Shown piece after piece: positions 61,391 to 64,000 of a DNA stretch of 64,000 bases. Position 1 is the stretch's first letter, and each line of letters begins with the position of its first letter. The notes under the pieces were generated by a model. It saw only the letters and a list, made by a program, of their open reading frames with translations, was not told where the DNA came from and ran no database searches. The DNA is from an uncultured Chloroflexia bacterium. Lineage in GTDB: Bacteria; Chloroflexota; Anaerolineae; Anaerolineales; Anaerolineaceae. The stretch lies in NCBI GenBank assembly GCA_963752535.1, contig CAVVYT010000003.1, forward strand, positions 138,032 to 202,031, read 5' to 3'. The translations under genes were made by a program, and so were the position numbers.

Positions 61391-64000
61391 ATGGAAGATT
61401 TTCTGTTTAGAGGGACCCTGAAAGAGCTTGACCCGGATGTATTCGAAATGGCGCAGTTGGAGACAGAACGCCAGGAACGCAAATTGATCATGATACCAAG
61501 CGAATCCACCGCGCCAATGGCGGTGAGAGAAGCGCTGGCGACATCTTTTCAGAATATCTATGCCGAAGGTTATCCAGAGGACGCACTTCGCTGGATGCCT
61601 GAAGAAGATTTGCTCGATTATCCCACCCGTCTTGCGGAATACCGCCGTTACTCAGACCCTCGATTTTACAAGGGCGTTGAATATGCCGACCTGATCGAAT
61701 CTCTGGCGCGGCGCCGTTGCGCGGAAGCCTTTGCCGCGAATGGAAAAACCGCGGATGACATCTGGGTTAATGTCCAACCGCTATCAGGTGCGCCGGCTAA
61801 CAACGCGGTCTATCCGGCAGTGGTCAATCCCGGTGATACCGTCCTGGGGATGAGCCTCCTACACGGCGGTCACCTGACCCATGGATCGTCGGTCAACCGC
61901 TCGGGCAAACTGTACAACATCGTCCATTACCTGGTCGATCCTATCACAGAGAAAATTGATTATGAACAGGTGGCGAAACTCGCCCTCGAAAACAAACCCA
62001 AGATGATCATCGCCGGGTACACCTCTTACCCGTGGATGCCGGATTGGAAGAAATTCCGTGAAATCGCAGATAGTGTTGGCGCGATCTTACTGGCGGACAT
62101 CTCCCACATTGCCGGGATGGTCGCTGCCGGCGCGGTGCCTTCGCCCATTGGAATTGCCCATATTGTCACCTTCACCACCCACAAGACACTCGACGGCCCG
62201 CGGGGAGCCTGCATTTTGACCACCGAAAGCGCCCTGGCGAAGAAGATTGACCGTTCCATCTTCCCCGGTGAACAGGGTGGACCACATGTCCATGTATTCG
62301 CCGCCCTGGCGCTCACGTTCAAGCTGGCAAAAACCGCGGAGTTCAAGAAGCTGCAAATCCAGACAGTGAAAAACTGCGCAGCACTGGTAGTCCAATTAAA
62401 GAAGAGGGGATTTCGAATCCCTTACAGCGGGTCAGACACTCATCTGATGAATTTGGATGTCACCTCGGTGGTCGGAAAAGATGGCACGACTTTATCCGGC
62501 GACATCGCTGCCCGAATTCTGGATCTGGCCGGAATCGTTTGCAATCGCAACACCATCCCTGGAGACAAGTCCTCTTTCGCCACATCCGGTATCCGGATGG
62601 GCACCCCCTGGCTCACCCAGCGCGGATTTAAAGAAGCCGAGATGGTTGCTGTAGCCGACATCATCGCAGATGTGCTGCAGGGCATCTACCCCTATACCAT
62701 CGAAACCAAGCAGGGTCCTGCCCAGCGGGCTAAGATCCAATTCAAGGTGTTCGAAGACGCGAAGATCAAGGTGCGCGAACTGGCCGAGAAAGCCGGGCAG
62801 ACGGAAACCTATGCCAAACATGGCTATCCCCATTTCTTCTACCTGGATGATAAACCGGCATCCAAAGGCGAGGTCATTACTCTCGCGCTGCGGGGTGACC
62901 ATATCCGCACATTTGCCAACTATGTTTTCGGCTCTGATATTGATGAACTCCAGCCCGGAAAGACCCAGCCCACCTCCATGGTTACACCCATGGGGATCGT
63001 ACAGGGAGGGTTGACCTTCCAGGGTGAGGATGCGTATCTGTTGTCGATCCACCGCAAAGATTTCCAACCCGCCATCACCTGGTTGCGGGATATCTCGGAT
63101 GGCTTTGTGAGCGTGGATCCAGACCAGACGCGTAGAATCCCCGGCCCGATTACGGTTATGGAGGTCGATGGAAAAGCTTCGATTCCCGAAGCGAAACCGG
63201 CATCCGCAGAAAAACCGTATTTCATCGGTCAGGTACTGGAGAAGGCAAAGGATTTACCCGAATTTGACTGGAAGGAACCGCCAGTTGAGTTAAGAAGAAC
63301 AGCTTTAAATGACACACACCGTCAATTAGGTGCGAAGATGGTCCCCTTTGCCGGATGGGATATGCCGGTCTGGTACAGCTCGGTTGTCGAGGAACATCTC
63401 GCCACAAGAAAAGCGGCCGGATTGTTCGATGTCTCGCACATGGGAGTTTACCAGGCGGAGGGTGACTCAGCTAGCGCATTCCTGGACAGTGTCTGTGGTA
63501 ACGATATTGCCGGGCTGAATGTCGGTGAATCCTGCTATACCCACTTCCTCAATCCAGACGCGAACGTCCTGGATGACTGCCTGGTTTACCGGCGGGCAGC
63601 CAACAAGTACCTGGTGGTCGTCAACGCGTCGAACGACGATAAGGATTGGGCCTGGTTGAATGCCGTCAGGGATGGACAGGTATTGATCGATCGAAAGACG
63701 CCTGCCGCGAAAGCCTATGGTCGGAATGTGATCCTGCGTAATTTGCGCGATCCCAAAGAAGGCAAAGACATGCGGGTGGATATCGCCCTTCAGGGTCCCA
63801 AATCCCGCGAGATCCTACTCTCTCTGGGCGTGGATGCTCCCACGCGGAAACGAATCATGTCTCTCAAGCGCACTGAATTGTGCGATGCAATTGTCGGTGA
63901 TTTTGACCTGATCGTCTCCAGAACCGGGTACACCGGCGAAAAGATGGCTTTTGAGTTGTTTGTCCACCCCGATAAGGCAGTGGCCTTCTGGAAGGCGCTC
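61391..64000 (+). CDS. glyA: Serine hydroxymethyltransferase fused to GcvT-like aminomethyltransferase domains (partial; continues past the window end)
   Basis: Absent from the ORF track because there is no stop codon within the window. ATG at 61391 follows AGGAGCAAAA, and the frame is open for 870 codons. Residues 1-450 are SHMT (SESTAPMAV, PLSGAPAN, HGGHLTHG, PLP-lysine motif TFTTHKTLDGPRG). From ~63287 the sequence is canonical GcvT (LRRTALNDTHRQLGAKMVPFAGWDMPVWYSSVVEEHLATRKAAGLFDVSHMG...YLVVVNASN...SRTGYTGE). The ~180 aa in between look like a degenerate GcvT subdomain. Confidence 0.85.
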   Translation, partial: MEDFLFRGTLKELDPDVFEMAQLETERQERKLIMIPSESTAPMAVREALATSFQNIYAEGYPEDALRWMPEEDLLDYPTRLAEYRRYSDPRFYKGVEYADLIESLARRRCAEAFAANGKTADDIWVNVQPLSGAPANNAVYPAVVNPGDTVLGMSLLHGGHLTHGSSVNRSGKLYNIVHYLVDPITEKIDYEQVAKLALENKPKMIIAGYTSYPWMPDWKKFREIADSVGAILLADISHIAGMVAAGAVPSPIGIAHIVTFTTHKTLDGPRGACILTTESALAKKIDRSIFPGEQGGPHVHVFAALALTFKLAKTAEFKKLQIQTVKNCAALVVQLKKRGFRIPYSGSDTHLMNLDVTSVVGKDGTTLSGDIAARILDLAGIVCNRNTIPGDKSSFATSGIRMGTPWLTQRGFKEAEMVAVADIIADVLQGIYPYTIETKQGPAQRAKIQFKVFEDAKIKVRELAEKAGQTETYAKHGYPHFFYLDDKPASKGEVITLALRGDHIRTFANYVFGSDIDELQPGKTQPTSMVTPMGIVQGGLTFQGEDAYLLSIHRKDFQPAITWLRDISDGFVSVDPDQTRRIPGPITVMEVDGKASIPEAKPASAEKPYFIGQVLEKAKDLPEFDWKEPPVELRRTALNDTHRQLGAKMVPFAGWDMPVWYSSVVEEHLATRKAAGLFDVSHMGVYQAEGDSASAFLDSVCGNDIAGLNVGESCYTHFLNPDANVLDDCLVYRRAANKYLVVVNASNDDKDWAWLNAVRDGQVLIDRKTPAAKAYGRNVILRNLRDPKEGKDMRVDIALQGPKSREILLSLGVDAPTRKRIMSLKRTELCDAIVGDFDLIVSRTGYTGEKMAFELFVHPDKAVAFWKAL

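Noticed and set aside
62026-63225. Five minus-strand ORFs of 81-191 aa (62026..62346, 62087..62395, 62440..62685, 62492..63067, 62920..63225)
   Set aside because: They are antisense shadows of the long plus-strand SHMT-GcvT frame. They overlap each other, and their translations are low-complexity with no motifs.

Overview
A 64-kb chromosomal segment with about 60 protein genes, 2 tRNAs, and no rRNA, CRISPR array, IS element or integrase that I could find. Gene content looks like a Chloroflexota/Anaerolineae-type genome, but that is inference only. It is mostly housekeeping: ybeY-dgkA-pgpH block, comEA, feoABC with a DtxR-type repressor, rpe, rpmB, asp23-yloV-degV-recG, coaD, lon, folC, mreB, atpAGDC, ruvA/ruvC, yebC, corA.

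Four points matter most.

1. The ORF track misses real genes. A 2.6-kb open frame at the right edge (61391..64000) encodes a serine hydroxymethyltransferase fused to GcvT-like aminomethyltransferase domains. An SsnA-like amidohydrolase runs off the left edge. rpmB is hidden by a 1-nt indel.

2. About 20 genes are broken by frameshifts, and these fall in patches. lon has about 10, and atpA/atpD/atpG/atpC, mreB, folC, rpe, rpmB and others are affected. Stretches of 5-12 kb in between are clean. Essential genes are hit and several indels sit in homopolymers, so I read these as assembly or polishing errors, not biology.

3. The best candidate for an under-described system is a tightly packed operon at 4951..11550: Hanks kinase with a cytoplasmic PQQ-like propeller, PP2C phosphatase, J-domain/vWA protein, zinc-ribbon/FHA protein, a 79-aa protein, and orphan OmpR-type and NarL-type response regulators.

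4. Clear regulatory elements are visible. A 20-bp perfect palindrome fills the 17-bp spacer of a near-consensus promoter upstream of feoA. A 22-bp perfect palindrome lies upstream of a small antitoxin-like ORF. There are several intrinsic terminators.

All functional calls come from reading translations and motifs by eye. No database search was run.
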